A stretch of 64,000 nucleotides of DNA, from contig NC_135807.1 in assembly GCF_964213995.1 (NCBI RefSeq), positions 116,126,001-116,190,000 of the forward strand, in the 5' to 3' direction. This document shows positions 48,381 through 59,916 of this stretch, piece after piece. A program made the translations under genes and the position numbers. Origin of the DNA: Mustelus asterias (lineage: Eukaryota). Position 1 is the first letter of the stretch. Each line of letters opens with the position of its first letter. The notes beneath the pieces were generated by a model, which worked only from the letters and a program-made list of their open reading frames with translations, was not told the DNA's origin and did not search any database.

Positions 48381-50526
48381 TCTGTTCTCTCTCCACAGAT
48401 GCTGTCAGACCTACTGAGATTTTCCAGCATCTTCTCTTTTTATTGTCATCAACGATTGGTCTGGCTATTACGTCATCAGCAATTGCACTGATTGAAAACA
48501 AAATTGTATTAACTTTTCAGTCTCTGATTAATATTTAAGCCTGATGCAATTCAGTATCTTAGAAATATCCTTCTCCATAGTGTTCAATTCTGTGCCTGGT
48601 TTGGTCTGGCCCATCCAGCTGCCCAAATCATTCTGGCAAAGAAAGTTTTGAGTCCATTGCTGCTTTCAGACCATTGGAGTTTTGCCTTCAACCTTGAAAA
48701 TGGTGCTGCAGTAATTGGATTTTCCCCGGTCTGATCGGGTTTTATTTCATATGCCCGCTATGGTTACTGAGCCATTTCAAACTTCCTCTGAATCTTAGCA
48801 ACAGTTGTCCAAATGATGATTAAGATCAGTCTGTTACTTTGCTGCTGCTGGAGGAACAATACTTAGTCAATGATTTTTTTCTCCTCTCTTTTGGTGACCA
48901 TGTGGACCTAGGTTGTTGTGAGTTTCCAGCCTCAAATTTAGAGTGAATTGTTGCTGAGTGCTGCCTGGTAACTGCGCCTTGTTTAGAAGCTCCTTTTAAA
49001 ACCTTTTTCAAAGTTTGCTCACCCCTTCTAGTTCATCGCTAGGCTCTTCAGGATTCTTCTTTGATCAAAATTTTCAAAGATCCTCCATATGCTATGGTGG
49101 AATCCTATGTGAGCTGTACAGCTGATTTTTTTCTCTACCTTCCAGCCTCCACATCTTTATCGAGCTTTCCTGGCCATTTCCCCCTGTTTCATCAAAGTCT
49201 TCTATTTTGGCACATTTTATTCAGGCCAGGATGCAGATTTTTCCACTTTTGTTTTTGGAGATTTCTAGGTCCTTCACCCACTGTTACCATGTTGTATGTG
49301 GTTGTGGTTGTCTAAGGAAGAGGTTCAGAGGTATAGAGGCTGAACAGTAACTATTTATTGTAGAACATAACGATGTGCAGACATACAAGATAGTAAGTTT
49401 CTTCAATCCAAGCCATGAGCTTTCTCTATTCAGACTTCAACCAGACTACTATTAAAATAAAGAACAGTACAGCATAGGAACAGACCCTTCAGCCCTCCAA
49501 GCCTATAGAGATCATGATGCCTGCCTAAACTAAAATTGTATACACTTACAAAGTCCATATCCTTCTATTTCCACATTAGTCATGTGATTCCCTGTACATC
49601 ATCATGTGGGCCATACTGTTTCCCCAGTCCCACATTAGCCCTTTCAGACCTGAACACCCCAAGCTACAGTGCATGCACATACCAGGCGCACATCACTCCT
49701 TCCTCCCAATTTGTAACTAACTCGCCTCAAAATAGACTCAGTACAGATATTTTACAAAATTTAGAATTGCAAGACTATTGTTCAATTTTCTGCTTTCAGT
49801 TTCTGAGGGAAATTGCAAATATCTTTAATTTGAAACTTATTAGAAAAATGCATTTATGTGGCAATAGTTGATGTTGATCAATTTGCTAAAACAAGTGTTC
49901 CAGTCAGGGGAAAGATGATTGGATTTGTTGCCTCTTTTTCATCTCTCGGACTGACTGAAGACAGTTGTGATTTTAAAAAGAAAAAGGAACTGTTTTAACC
50001 CTCTGAGTGCTGTAATTGTCAGAATCAGGCAAACAACGGGATTTCTCATAAGTTTCAAAAGAAAGATAAAAGTTTCTTATTCAGTGCCTGAATGTATACA
50101 AAATGAAGGCTTAAAGTGTTGTAGGCTTGTATTTCATATTTGGTGCATTGATGAAAAGAGGCTGGAGGTTTGGGAAGATAAATTTACTGTCATTTATTGC
50201 GTGTTGTAGCAGATTTCTCCTCTTCTGCTCCAGCTGAGGTGCAATCGAAGCCCTGTGGTGAAACATGGGTTTAGTTCCTCAAATGGAGAGGTAAAGGCCA
50301 GCCTGAATTCCCTGCCTGCTGATAGTTCTTAGGCAGAGTCTTGTTCCTTCACTGGTCTGGATATCTCTCCCTTTTCTGCTCCAAAAATGTGTCTATTAAA
50401 TGTCCTTATCCAAAACCTAGTTTTGGTCATGTGACAAGAGTGCTTCTGTCCATTATCCTTGTTGTCGATGGCTGGGTCATTGCCAATCAATGGGTTCCAA
50501 GTTTCACACAGCATCATGATAGATTA

Positions 50527-50626
50527 GGGTGGAATTTTTGCCTGCCACAGGAATCATGGCAAAGGTCTGTTGACGTCGGGCAGGATTTTCCAGCCTTGGA
50601 GCAAGTGTGGCCAGAAAATACCACCC
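50527..50626. mobile_element. PIF/Harbinger-type MITE
   Basis: TIR-like GGGTGGAATTTT / AAAATACCACCC. Confidence 0.7.
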
Positions 50627-50880
50627 TAGGTTTTTCTCACAACCATTTTGTGGATTTCAACTCTGAAGTTGAAAAGCCTGCAAGCAAATTTCCTGAAACC
50701 AAAATGCTGGAAAATCTCAGCAGGTCTGGCAGCATCTGGAAGGAGAGAAAAGAGCTGACGTTTTGAGTCCAAATGACCCTTTGTCAAAGCTAAAAGGCAT
50801 AGAAAGTGGGAGATATTTATACTGCAGGGGGAGGGAATGAAAGCTGAGTCATAGCCACAAAAACCAGGGGAAAAGACTAC

Positions 50881-51147
50881 CGTGGCCTCCTCTATATCGA
50901 AGAGACCAAGCATAGATTGGGTGATCGCTTTGCTGAGCATCTTCGGTCTATGCACAATCAGGACCCTGACCTTCCGGTTGATTGCCATTTTAACACACGA
51001 TCCTGCTCCCATGCCCACATGTCTGTCCTTGGCCTGCTGCAATGTTCCAGTGAAACTCAACGCAAACTAGAGGAACAGCATCTCATCTTTCAGCTCGGCA
51101 CTTTACAGCCTTCTGGTCTCAACATCGAATTCAACAACTTCAGATGA
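50881..51147 (+). pseudogene. Penelope GIY-YIG endonuclease C-terminus (family A)
   Basis: GLLYIEETKHRLGDRFAEH..HFN..LEEQHLIFQLGTLQPSGLN. Confidence 0.9.
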
Positions 51148-51445
51148 TTTGCTCTACCCCACCTTGACCCCTTTGTTTTCATTCTATTTTATTTAATTCT
51201 TTACTGTTCTCTACCTTTTACTTCTTTATTGTCTTTCTTCATTTTTCTCCCCCCCCCTCCACTCTTTCCCCCTACATTATCCCCCTTCCCTTACCTTTTC
51301 TCCCCCTTTGCTTCCCCTTTTCTAAATTTTACCTCTGTCCCATCCATTTCCCTCCCCTCCCCTCCCCCTACATCTTCATCTGTCACAGCTTACCCTCATT
51401 TTAGCTTCTCTGCCGTTTGGCCATTCACACTGTTTATTCTCTCTG

Positions 51446-52370
51446 TAAGAAGTCTCACAACACCAGGTTAAAGTCCAACAGGTTTGTTTGGTAGCAAATA
51501 CCATAAGCTTTCGGAGCACAGCTCCTTCGTCAGATGGAGTGGATATCTGTTCTCAAACAGTGCAAACAGACACAGAAATCAAATTACAGAATACTGATTA
51601 GAATGCAAATCTCTACAACTAGCCAGGTCTTAAATGTACAGACAATGTGGGTGGAGGGAGCATTCAACACAGGTTAAAGAGATGTGTATTGTCTCCAGAC
51701 AGAACAGCTAGTGAAATTCTGCAAGTCCAGGAGGCAAGCTGTGGGGGTTACTGATAATGTGACATAAATCCAACATCCCGGTTTAGGCCGTCCTCATGTG
51801 TGCGGAACTTGGCTATCAGTTTCTGCTCAGCAACTCTGCGCTGTCGTGTGTCGTGAAGGCCGCCTTGGAGAACGCTTACCTGAAGATCCAAGGCTGAATG
51901 CCCGTGACTGCTGAAGTGCTCCCCCACAGGAAGAGAACAGTCTTGCCTGGTGATTGTCGAGCGGTGTTCATTCATCCGTTGTCGTAGCGTCTGCATGGTT
52001 TCCCCAATGTACCCCATGCCTCGGGACATCCTTTCTTGCAGCGTATCAGGTAGGCAATGTTGGCTGAGTTGCAAGAGTAGGTACCGTGTACCTGGTAGAT
52101 GGTGTTCTCACGTGAGATGATGGCATCCGTGTCGATGATCCGGCACGTCTTGCAGAGGTTGCTGTGGCAGGGTTGTGTGGTGTCGTGGTCACTGTTCTCC
52201 TGAAGGCTGAGTAGTTTGCTGAGGACAATGGTCTGTTTGAGGTTGCGTGGTTGTTTGAAGGCAAGAAGTGGGGGTGTGGGGATGGCCTTGGCGAGATGTT
52301 CGTCTTCATCAATGACATGTTGAAGGCTCCGGAGGAGATGCCGTAGCTTCTCCGCTCCGGGGAAGTACTG
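51446..52370 (-). mobile_element. Penelope-like element family B (3' part) nested in family A
   Basis: GIY-YIG peptide YIGETMQTLRQRMNEH..VGEHF..EQKLI..GLN (51748-52074), upstream Cys motif, terminal repeat 51446-51545. Confidence 0.92.
51501..51537 (-). ncRNA. Minimal type I hammerhead ribozyme (Penelope B)
   Basis: CCAU-CUGACGA-A-GGAGC ugu GCUCC-GAAA-GC-UU-AUGG; palindromic stem III. Confidence 0.78.
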
Positions 52371-52471
52371 GGACAGCCATTAGCAGTCTTTTCCCCTGGT
52401 TTCTGTGCCTATGACTCATCTTTCATTCCCTCATCCTGCAGTATAAATACCTCCCACTTTCTATGCCTTTT

Positions 52472-52510
52472 AGCTTTGACAAAGGGCCGCCTGGACTCGA
52501 AACGTCAGCT
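52472..52510 (+). ncRNA. Minimal hammerhead ribozyme with U3-A8 core variant (Penelope A)
   Basis: AGCU-UUGACAA-A-stem II-GAAA-CGUC-AGCU; TATAAATA ~25 nt upstream; inverted second copy at 50753-50791. Confidence 0.7.
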
Positions 52511-53072
52511 CTTTTCTCTCCTACAGATGCTGCCAGACCTGCTGAGATTTTCCAGCGTTTTGCCTTTTGGTTTCAGATTCCAGCATCCGCAATAATTTGC
52601 TTTTAATTTGCTTTTAAGCAAATTTCCTGAATTTCCAACCGTTTTAAAGTAAAGTGTCCGTTTCGAATTTCAGCCAGTTCGGTTGAGTGTGACACAACCT
52701 TTTAATTGGTTGGCACAAGGATAGAACTAATCAGCTGTGTGGAGCAGTGATGTGCATCAATTGAACACGAGGCACGAAGCTTCGGTAACAGAAGGCTTTT
52801 ATTGTCTAACAATGGAACTAATAGAACGTAAACACACTATCCCAGACTGACGAGGTCCCGCCCGAGCAGGGGGTCTTATACCTCTCCCAGGAGGCGGAGT
52901 CCGACTGGGATGTGCCACAACAGTAACAACCACAGGTGTATCAATCCCACCCTAGACCAACAACAACATTAGAACAATCCCACAGTGGGAACCAACGATG
53001 GTTCACCACATTCACCCCTCCTTTGAGAACAAAGGCCGGCGGGGTACGAAAACAGACTAAAATGTCAACAGA

Positions 53073-54772
53073 TTATAAGTTCAGACGGTCTGGAGGACCG
53101 CACCGTCGTTGTGACCTCCTCAATACCGGCGGTGACACCGGAGTAGGTGCTTGCGATGGCGTTCTCCCCAAAACAGCGTCCAGCTGTTCTCCCACGGACT
53201 CACGGGCCGGTTGACCCTGATGAAGCGGTAGTGCAGGGGATCCCGGTACATTCTGCAATGGTGCCGATCTCCGGGGCTCAGGCAAGCTGTGCATTGGAGT
53301 AAAACTGTTAAGCACTGGTCCCGGTGCTGTCCGCGCGACGTCCGGGGGAGAAATAAGTGATAAGGGATTCGTCACTGGGGGTATGGGAGCGACAGGAGTT
53401 GCTACGTCCCCTGCGGGCGCCAGGTCTCGGATCGAGACTGTGTCCTCTCGCCCGTCAGGATATGCCACATAGGCATACTGAGGGTTGGCGTGGAGGAGGT
53501 GGACCTGTTCGACCAAGGGGTCGGACTTGCGGGCCCTTACATGTCGCTGCAGAAGGACGGGTCCTGGGTACGTCCTGGGAGACTGGAAGGCCTTTGGACT
53601 TCAGCGCCAATAGGACAGCCTTCCAGACTGTAGCATTCTCTCTTTCCACCTGTCCATTACCCCTAGGGTTGTAACTCGTGGTCCTACTAGAGGCAATCCC
53701 GTATGAGAGCAGGAATTGCCTCAAGTCATTACTCATGAACGACGAGCCCCTGTCGCTATGGATATAGCTGGGGTACCCGAACAGGGTAAAAAGATCACGG
53801 AATGCCTTGATCACCGTGGCAGTCGATGTGTGCGCGCAGGGGACAACAAATGTGAACCGGGAGTACTCATCTATTATGTTCAGAAAGTACACGTTCCGAT
53901 CTGTTAAAATCCACACTCAGCCTCTCGAAGGGGCGAATGGCCTTGACCAAATGTGCCCGGTCAGGTCGGTAAAAGTGCGGTTTGCATTCCGCGCAAATCC
54001 GACAGCTCCTTGTCACCGACCTGACGTCCTCCACCGAGTAAGGCAGGTTGCGGGCTTTGACAAAGTGGTAGAGCCGAGTGACCCCAGGATGGCACAGGTC
54101 ATTATGGAGGGCGTTCAAGCGATCCTCCTGCATAGTAGCGCATGTTCCGCGCGAGAGGGCATCCGAGGGCTCATTGAGTTTCCCTGGACGATACATGATA
54201 TCGTAGTTATAGGTGGAGAGTTCAATTCTCCACCGCAAGATCTTATCATTCTTGATCTTGCCCCTCTGCGTGTTGTTGAACATGAACGCCACGGACCGCT
54301 GGTCCGTGATCAGGGTGAACCGCTTCCCCGCCAGGTAATGGCGCCAGTGTCTGACGGCCTCCACAATGGCCTGGGCCTCCTTTTCCACCGCTGAATGCCG
54401 AATTTCGGGGCCTTGGAGGGTGCGGGAAAAAAACGCGACGGGCCTGCCCGCCTGGTTTAGTGTGGCGGCCAGGGCGAAATCAGATGCATCGCTTTCCACC
54501 TGAAAAGGGATGGATTGGTCTACCGCGTGCATCGTGGCTTTCGCGATGTCGTGTTTCAATTCCTTGAAGGCCAATTGGGCCTCTGGCGTGAGTGGAAAAG
54601 TCGTGGACTTAATAAGCGGACGGGCTTTGTCCGCGTAGTTGGGGACCCACTGCACATAATAGGAGAAGAAGCCTAGGCATCTTCTCAGTGCTTTTGCGCT
54701 AGCGGGCAAGGGAAGTTCAGCAAGGGGGCGCATACGGTCTGGATCAGGGCCAATGACCCCGTTTTCCACCAC
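53073..54772 (-). pseudogene. pol: Gypsy Pol RNase H and integrase, broken by small deletions
   Basis: ORFs 53867-54772, 53455-53916 and 53073-53516 align to family 1 Pol; a segment is missing near 53578. Confidence 0.95.
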
Positions 54773-56917
54773 TTATCCCAGGATGGCTAACCGGCGCGTA
54801 CGGAATACACACTTCTCCCTGTTGTAGGTCAAATTCAGGCGAGATGCAGTGCGTAAAAAGTTCTGGAGATTTGTGTCATGGTCCTGCTGATCACGGCCGC
54901 AGATGGTGACATTATCCAGGTACGGGAAGGTAGCCCGCAGCCTGTTCTGGTCCACCATTTGGTCCATAGCACGCTGGAAGACCGAGACCCCATTGGTGAC
55001 ACCAAATGGAACCCGAAGAAACTGATACAGATGACCATCCGCCTCAAAGGCCGTGTAGTGTCGGTCCTCTGGGCGAATGGGGAGTTGGTGGTAGGCGGAC
55101 TTAAGGTCTATGGTGGAGAACACCCGGTACTGCGCAATCTGATTGACCATATCAGATATGTGCGGGAGGGGATACGCATCCAGCTGCGTATATCGATTAA
55201 TGGTCTGACTGTAATCAATGACCATCCGGGGTTTGTTCCCGCTCTTGACCACCACAACCTGTGCTCTCCACGGACTAACACTGGGCTGTATGATCCCTTC
55301 TTTGAGGAGTCGCTGAACCTCAGATCTGATGAAGATCCAATCTTCAGCGCTGTAATGCCTACTTTTAGTAGCGATGGGCTTGCAGCCTGGTACCAGATTC
55401 TTGAATAAAGAGGGTGTGGTGATCTTTAATGTAGAAAGATTGCATGCGGGACGCTTTGGACAATTTGGAGACTGCAGCTGTTCCCCTACTGTCAGCGAAG
55501 GGAGTGGCCCACCGTACTGTAGGATCACACTCTTCATGTGGACCATAAAGTTTAGTCCGAGGAGAATTGGTGCGCAAAGATGCGGCAACACAAGGAGCCT
55601 GAATTGCTCGTAAATTGTGCCTTGCACTTTCAAGGTTACCACACAACGTCCTAGCACAGGGACAGACCGGGACCTTGATGCCATAGAGATTGTCTGTTTG
55701 GCAGGTTGAATCTGGAGTCCACACCTCTTTACAGTGTCAGGGTGAATAAAGCTCTCAGTGCTCCCGCTGTCAAACAGACAATAAATTGCACGACCATTTA
55801 CCTGTATATCCATCATCGAACAGTCAAGCCTGTGGTGCTTAGCCTGGTTCAGGGTGATCGACGCCACCGTTGGTCCGTGATCGTCACTGCAGGCAGCTGA
55901 GGTCGATGCTGAGGACCCCTGCTGGTCACTCATGGTCATCGTCGACCAAAATGGCCACCCCCATGAATCGCACATGGTTGAGGGCGCCAAACGTAGCGAC
56001 TCCTGGTGGTCATCCTCCTCCGACTCCGTCGACCACAATGGCGTCGTCCTGGACTCGCACGTGGACGAACCCCGTGAGTACTTCGACGTCGATGGTGATG
56101 ATCCCCGTTCCGAAGGGTCACAGGCCGCACTGCCGTTCTTGGGCTTCGATCTGCACACCTTCGCATAATGCCCCTTTTTACCGCATAGGTTATAGACCAC
56201 CGCTTTAGCGGGACACTTTTGTCGTGGATGCTTGGCTCCTCCGCAGAAGTAGCACCGCGGGCTGCATGGGGCTGCAGCCGTCGTCGGGTCTACATGGGAG
56301 CACGCCATAATACTGCACGTCGAGCCCGTGGGGCGAGGAGGGATTTGCGACTGCTCCTGCCACGTTGTCTCCACATGGTCCTCCGGATACAGGACCAAGC
56401 TCTTCGAAGCCGCCTCAAGCATTTCAGCCAATTCCATAGCTTGGGTCAGGTTGAGATTCCCCTTTTCTAGCAGCTTGAGACGGATGTATGAAGACCCTAC
56501 CCCTGCCACAAACGCATCTCGGGCAAGGTCATACATGTACTGCTCAGCCGACACAGCTTTGCAGTCACAGCCCCTGGCAAGCTGCAAGAGCTCATTGGCG
56601 TAATCCTCCATGGTTTCGCCCGACTGCCGACGTCGTGTAGCGAGGAGGTAACGAGCGTGGATCTCGTTGGGAGGTTTCGTGTAGCGCTTTTTTAAAAGCT
56701 CGAGGGCCCTCGGGTAAGTGGTGGCCGCACGGATCGGGAGGTAGACTGTGTCGCTTACCCTTGCATGGAGGACCCGGAGTCTGTCATCATCTGTGGTGAC
56801 CGCTGCGGAGGCTGCCAGGTAGTCTTCAAAACACTTCAGCCAGTGGTCGAAGGTGTTAGAAGCGCCCACCGCACGTGGATCTAGCGTCAGACGTTCTGGC
56901 TTAAGGATTTGCTCCAT
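54773..56917 (-). CDS. gag-pol: Gypsy Gag-protease-RT single ORF (ends at a frameshift)
   Basis: MEQILKPERL start at 56917, zinc knuckles, LFDSGSTESFI, DLKSAYHQ, PFGVTNG, YLDN. Confidence 0.95.
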   Translation of the reverse strand: MEQILKPERLTLDPRAVGASNTFDHWLKCFEDYLAASAAVTTDDDRLRVLHARVSDTVYLPIRAATTYPRALELLKKRYTKPPNEIHARYLLATRRRQSGETMEDYANELLQLARGCDCKAVSAEQYMYDLARDAFVAGVGSSYIRLKLLEKGNLNLTQAMELAEMLEAASKSLVLYPEDHVETTWQEQSQIPPRPTGSTCSIMACSHVDPTTAAAPCSPRCYFCGGAKHPRQKCPAKAVVYNLCGKKGHYAKVCRSKPKNGSAACDPSERGSSPSTSKYSRGSSTCESRTTPLWSTESEEDDHQESLRLAPSTMCDSWGWPFWSTMTMSDQQGSSASTSAACSDDHGPTVASITLNQAKHHRLDCSMMDIQVNGRAIYCLFDSGSTESFIHPDTVKRCGLQIQPAKQTISMASRSRSVPVLGRCVVTLKVQGTIYEQFRLLVLPHLCAPILLGLNFMVHMKSVILQYGGPLPSLTVGEQLQSPNCPKRPACNLSTLKITTPSLFKNLVPGCKPIATKSRHYSAEDWIFIRSEVQRLLKEGIIQPSVSPWRAQVVVVKSGNKPRMVIDYSQTINRYTQLDAYPLPHISDMVNQIAQYRVFSTIDLKSAYHQLPIRPEDRHYTAFEADGHLYQFLRVPFGVTNGVSVFQRAMDQMVDQNRLRATFPYLDNVTICGRDQQDHDTNLQNFLRTASRLNLTYNREKCVFRTRRLAILG

Positions 56918-57494
56918 ACTCTCCTTTCTTTTTCCCTTCCGTCGAGAGCTTAATGTTAGACAATAAAATTGATGCGCATCAATTGAACACGAGGCACGAA
57001 GCTTCGGTAACAGAAGGCTTTTATTGTCTAACAATGGAACTAATAGAACGTAAACACACTATCCCAGACTGACGAGGTCCCGCCCGAGCAGGGGGTCTTA
57101 TACCTCTCCCAGGAGGCGGAGCCCGACTGGGATGTGCCACAACAGTAACAACCACAGGTGTATCAATCCCACCCTAGCCCAACAACAACATTAGAACAAT
57201 CCCACAGTGGGAACCAACGATGGTTCACCACAAGCAGATAAGGCTGTTTGCTAAATTTTATTTATTTTCCTCATTTCCACCTTTCTCGGTGTCATTGTTT
57301 TCCTCCACATTTCACATAATCGTTGCATGTGACTCTTAAATGTAACAGTGCGGTTCTTCAAGAGCTGAGGGGATAATTCATCCAGTGTCCTTTCTACACT
57401 GTAGGCCATGCCTTGACTTGCATATTATTGTACCATACAAAATGAACTCTCGGGAAGATTTCTGTGAGGCTGTGCCCTCTGGGTTGAGTTGCAC

Positions 57495-57595
57495 TAATAA
57501 AACTGAAAATGGTGGAAATACTCGGCAGGTCAAGCAGCATCTGTGTAGAGAGAAACAAATTTGACATGTCAGGTCAATGATCTTTCATCAGAATC
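57495..57595 (-). mobile_element. Old Penelope pseudo-LTR fragment
   Basis: Similar to 50700-50790; CTGATGA core on the minus strand. Confidence 0.6.
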
Positions 57596-57689
57596 CTCAC
57601 TATTTGAGGAGGCAGAACAGAATATCAGAGCTGAAAGTTGAGATCCTTCACCCATTCAATGGGCAGAAAATTAAAACGCCTGTGCTACA

Positions 57690-58560
57690 TAGGAATCTGA
57701 GTACAGAAGTAGCCCATAAATCTGTTCTGGTCGTTAAGGAGATCAGGTTGATCTGCAACATACCTCCATATACCTGTCTTTGGCCATATCCCTTGTACCT
57801 TTGGTTAACAAAAATCTGTCGGTCTCAAATTTAAAATTAACAATTGACCTCACATTAATTGCCAATTGCAGAAGAGTGTTCCAAAATTCTACCCCCATTT
57901 CTGTGTAGACGTGTTTCCTAACTTCACTTCTGAAAGGTCTGGCTCCATTAGACTGTGCTCCCTAATCCTAGATTCTGCAGCCAGTGGAAATGGTAACAGC
58001 CTTATCTCTGACTCATACCTTCTTGTTTAGCAAGGCCCGGCTCCAGAGATACAGCCTGCTTGTATTTGTCCTTCAACTGCTTCACCGACACGTCAATATT
58101 GGTGTAGATTTTCATCTCCATTCCCTCAGCAGTAATCAGGTGGAGCAGATTGCCTGAATCTTCCCACCCTTTCCTCATGCCCCACTATCCCACCTACTTT
58201 TCTATATGTGTTAAGCCTCCTTTTAAATGGGTTATTGCTATCTGCTTCAACCATTCCATGTGGCAGTGAGTTCCACATTCTCAGCACTCTCTGTATAAAG
58301 AAATTGCTCTGAAATTCCTCATTTGACCTTTTGGGGTCTACGTTGTATTTATGCCCTTTTTTTTATAAACACCCACAAATCTCCACATGCACCCTATCAA
58401 ACCTCATAATTTTAAAGATCTTTAGCAAGTCTCCTCTTAGTTTTTTCTTTTGCAGAGTGATGTCCGCCCAATCTTTCCTGATAACTTGCATCCTCTTCAT
58501 TCTGGATAAATTTCTGTTTTTTTGTACTTTCTCCAGTGCTTCAACATCCTTTTATGTAGC
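57690..58560 (-). mobile_element. Old CR1 3' fragments
   Basis: Degenerate similarity to 9700-9950 and 23950-24250. Confidence 0.55.
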
Positions 58561-58715
58561 ATAAAAGGAAAGGATGATATTTATATAACACATTTTGCTA
58601 CCTCAGGCCATCCCAAAGCACGTTACAATCAATTAAAGCCTTTTGAAGTGTAGTCACTGTTGTAATGTCAAAATCCATTTCTACACCATGGAGACCATAA
58701 CAGTACACAACTCAC

Positions 58716-59061
58716 ATAGAACATAGAACATAGAACAGTACAGCACAGAACAGGCCCTTCGGCCCACGATGTTGTGCCGATCTCTATCTGAAACCAAGAT
58801 CAAGCTATCCCACTCCCTATCATCCTGGTGTGCTCCATGTGCCTATCCAATAACTGCTTAAATGTTCCTAAAGTGTCTGACTCCACTATCACTGTAGGCA
58901 GTCCATTCCACACCCCAACCACTCTCTGCGTAAAGAACCTACCTCTGATATCCTTCCTATATCTCCCACCACGAACCCTATAGTTATGCCCCCTTGTAGT
59001 AGCTCCATCCACCCGAGGAAATAGTCTTTGAACGTTCACTCTATAATTTGAACGTTCACTC
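58716..59061 (-). mobile_element. Young short CR1 3' end
   Basis: (CATAGAA)n tail; ORF 58800-59072 RFFTQRVVGVWNGLP. Confidence 0.92.
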
Positions 59062-59396
59062 AATATGATCACAATGGTGATCTAACCACAATTCCATATA
59101 AATTTAACATTAATTCTCTGCTTTTGTACTCCATTCATTTAGAAATGAGTCCCAGTGCATTTCACTGTTTTAGTCCTCATCAATTTGTGTTGCTGCTTCT
59201 TTAACTCTACTCGCAGATCTCTTTGTTTTTCTGTCCAATTTAGTATCCTACATCTTCCAAGGAATAAGTGATCTGCTTATTCCATGTTACAAAAAGAACA
59301 AACTCATACCTCACTATTACTTGCTAGCTATCTGAGAGCTTTGCAGACTCTTTTCTTTGCCACACTTTTCCACATTATTTGCCGTACCCCAATGTG

Positions 59397-59916
59397 GACC
59401 GGGATTCTCCCGAAAAAAATTCGAAGTTCCCACTGTGCGGGAAAATGGGAGTAATTCCCGTAGTTTTTTTTTGGGGGCGTACTTACCAGAGCGAATCTTC
59501 GACACACTGAGAACTGCAGAGTGCTTCAATGGGATTCACTCTGGTAAGTAGTGGGTGGGGCCTATTCCCGCCTGAGAGGTTGGCAGCATAGCACTGAGTG
59601 GGCCACTGTCAGAGCAGAGATCGGCGCATGCCGATCACTGGCCTTCTGATCGCTGGCTAGTCCCGCAACCTTCCTCCCGATCGCTGGCCTTCTGGACACT
59701 GTCCCAGGCCCGCTAATCATATTGAAATGCTTATTTCAATATGATAATCAGCTCTGCTCCAATATCTGGTGCAGTGTTAGTTACGCTCAAAAAGAGCGCC
59801 TGGGAGACACGCGAAGGCCCCGGCGTCCAGTGTGAATCCCATGAAACGGACACCGCTGATGTCTCCTGGCCCGCTGCACTACTCGAGCAGCGCAGTGGAT
59901 TGGGAGAATCCCGGCC
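59397..59916. mobile_element. Non-autonomous Harbinger-type element
   Basis: 15-bp TIRs GACCGGGATTCTCCC / GGGAGAATCCCGGCC. Confidence 0.8.

Larger units (their letters stand above)
43059..49656 (-). mobile_element. Old degenerate LTR retrotransposon with nested insertions
   Basis: LTR pair 43059-43289 and 49290-49656 (the latter split by a CR1 tail at ~49440-49578); PBS-like TGGTAACAG on the minus strand at 49281-49289. Confidence 0.8.
50698..52615 (+). mobile_element. Penelope-like element family A: inverted pseudo-LTR, GIY-YIG 3' end and pseudo-LTR
   Basis: 50698-50880 is an inverted copy of 52385-52570; flanking 16-bp duplication AAGCAAATTTCCTGAA (50682-50697, 52616-52631). Confidence 0.9.
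52748..57232 (-). mobile_element. Young near full-length Ty3/Gypsy LTR retrotransposon (family 2)
   Basis: 263-bp LTRs 52748-53010 and 56970-57232 differing at 3 positions by my count; 5-bp TSD AGCAG; PPT 53011-53024. Confidence 0.98.

Noticed and set aside
56918-57034. N-terminal extension of the 753-aa ORF
   Set aside because: It starts inside the LTR at a non-ATG codon; homology with family 1 begins at the ATG at 56917
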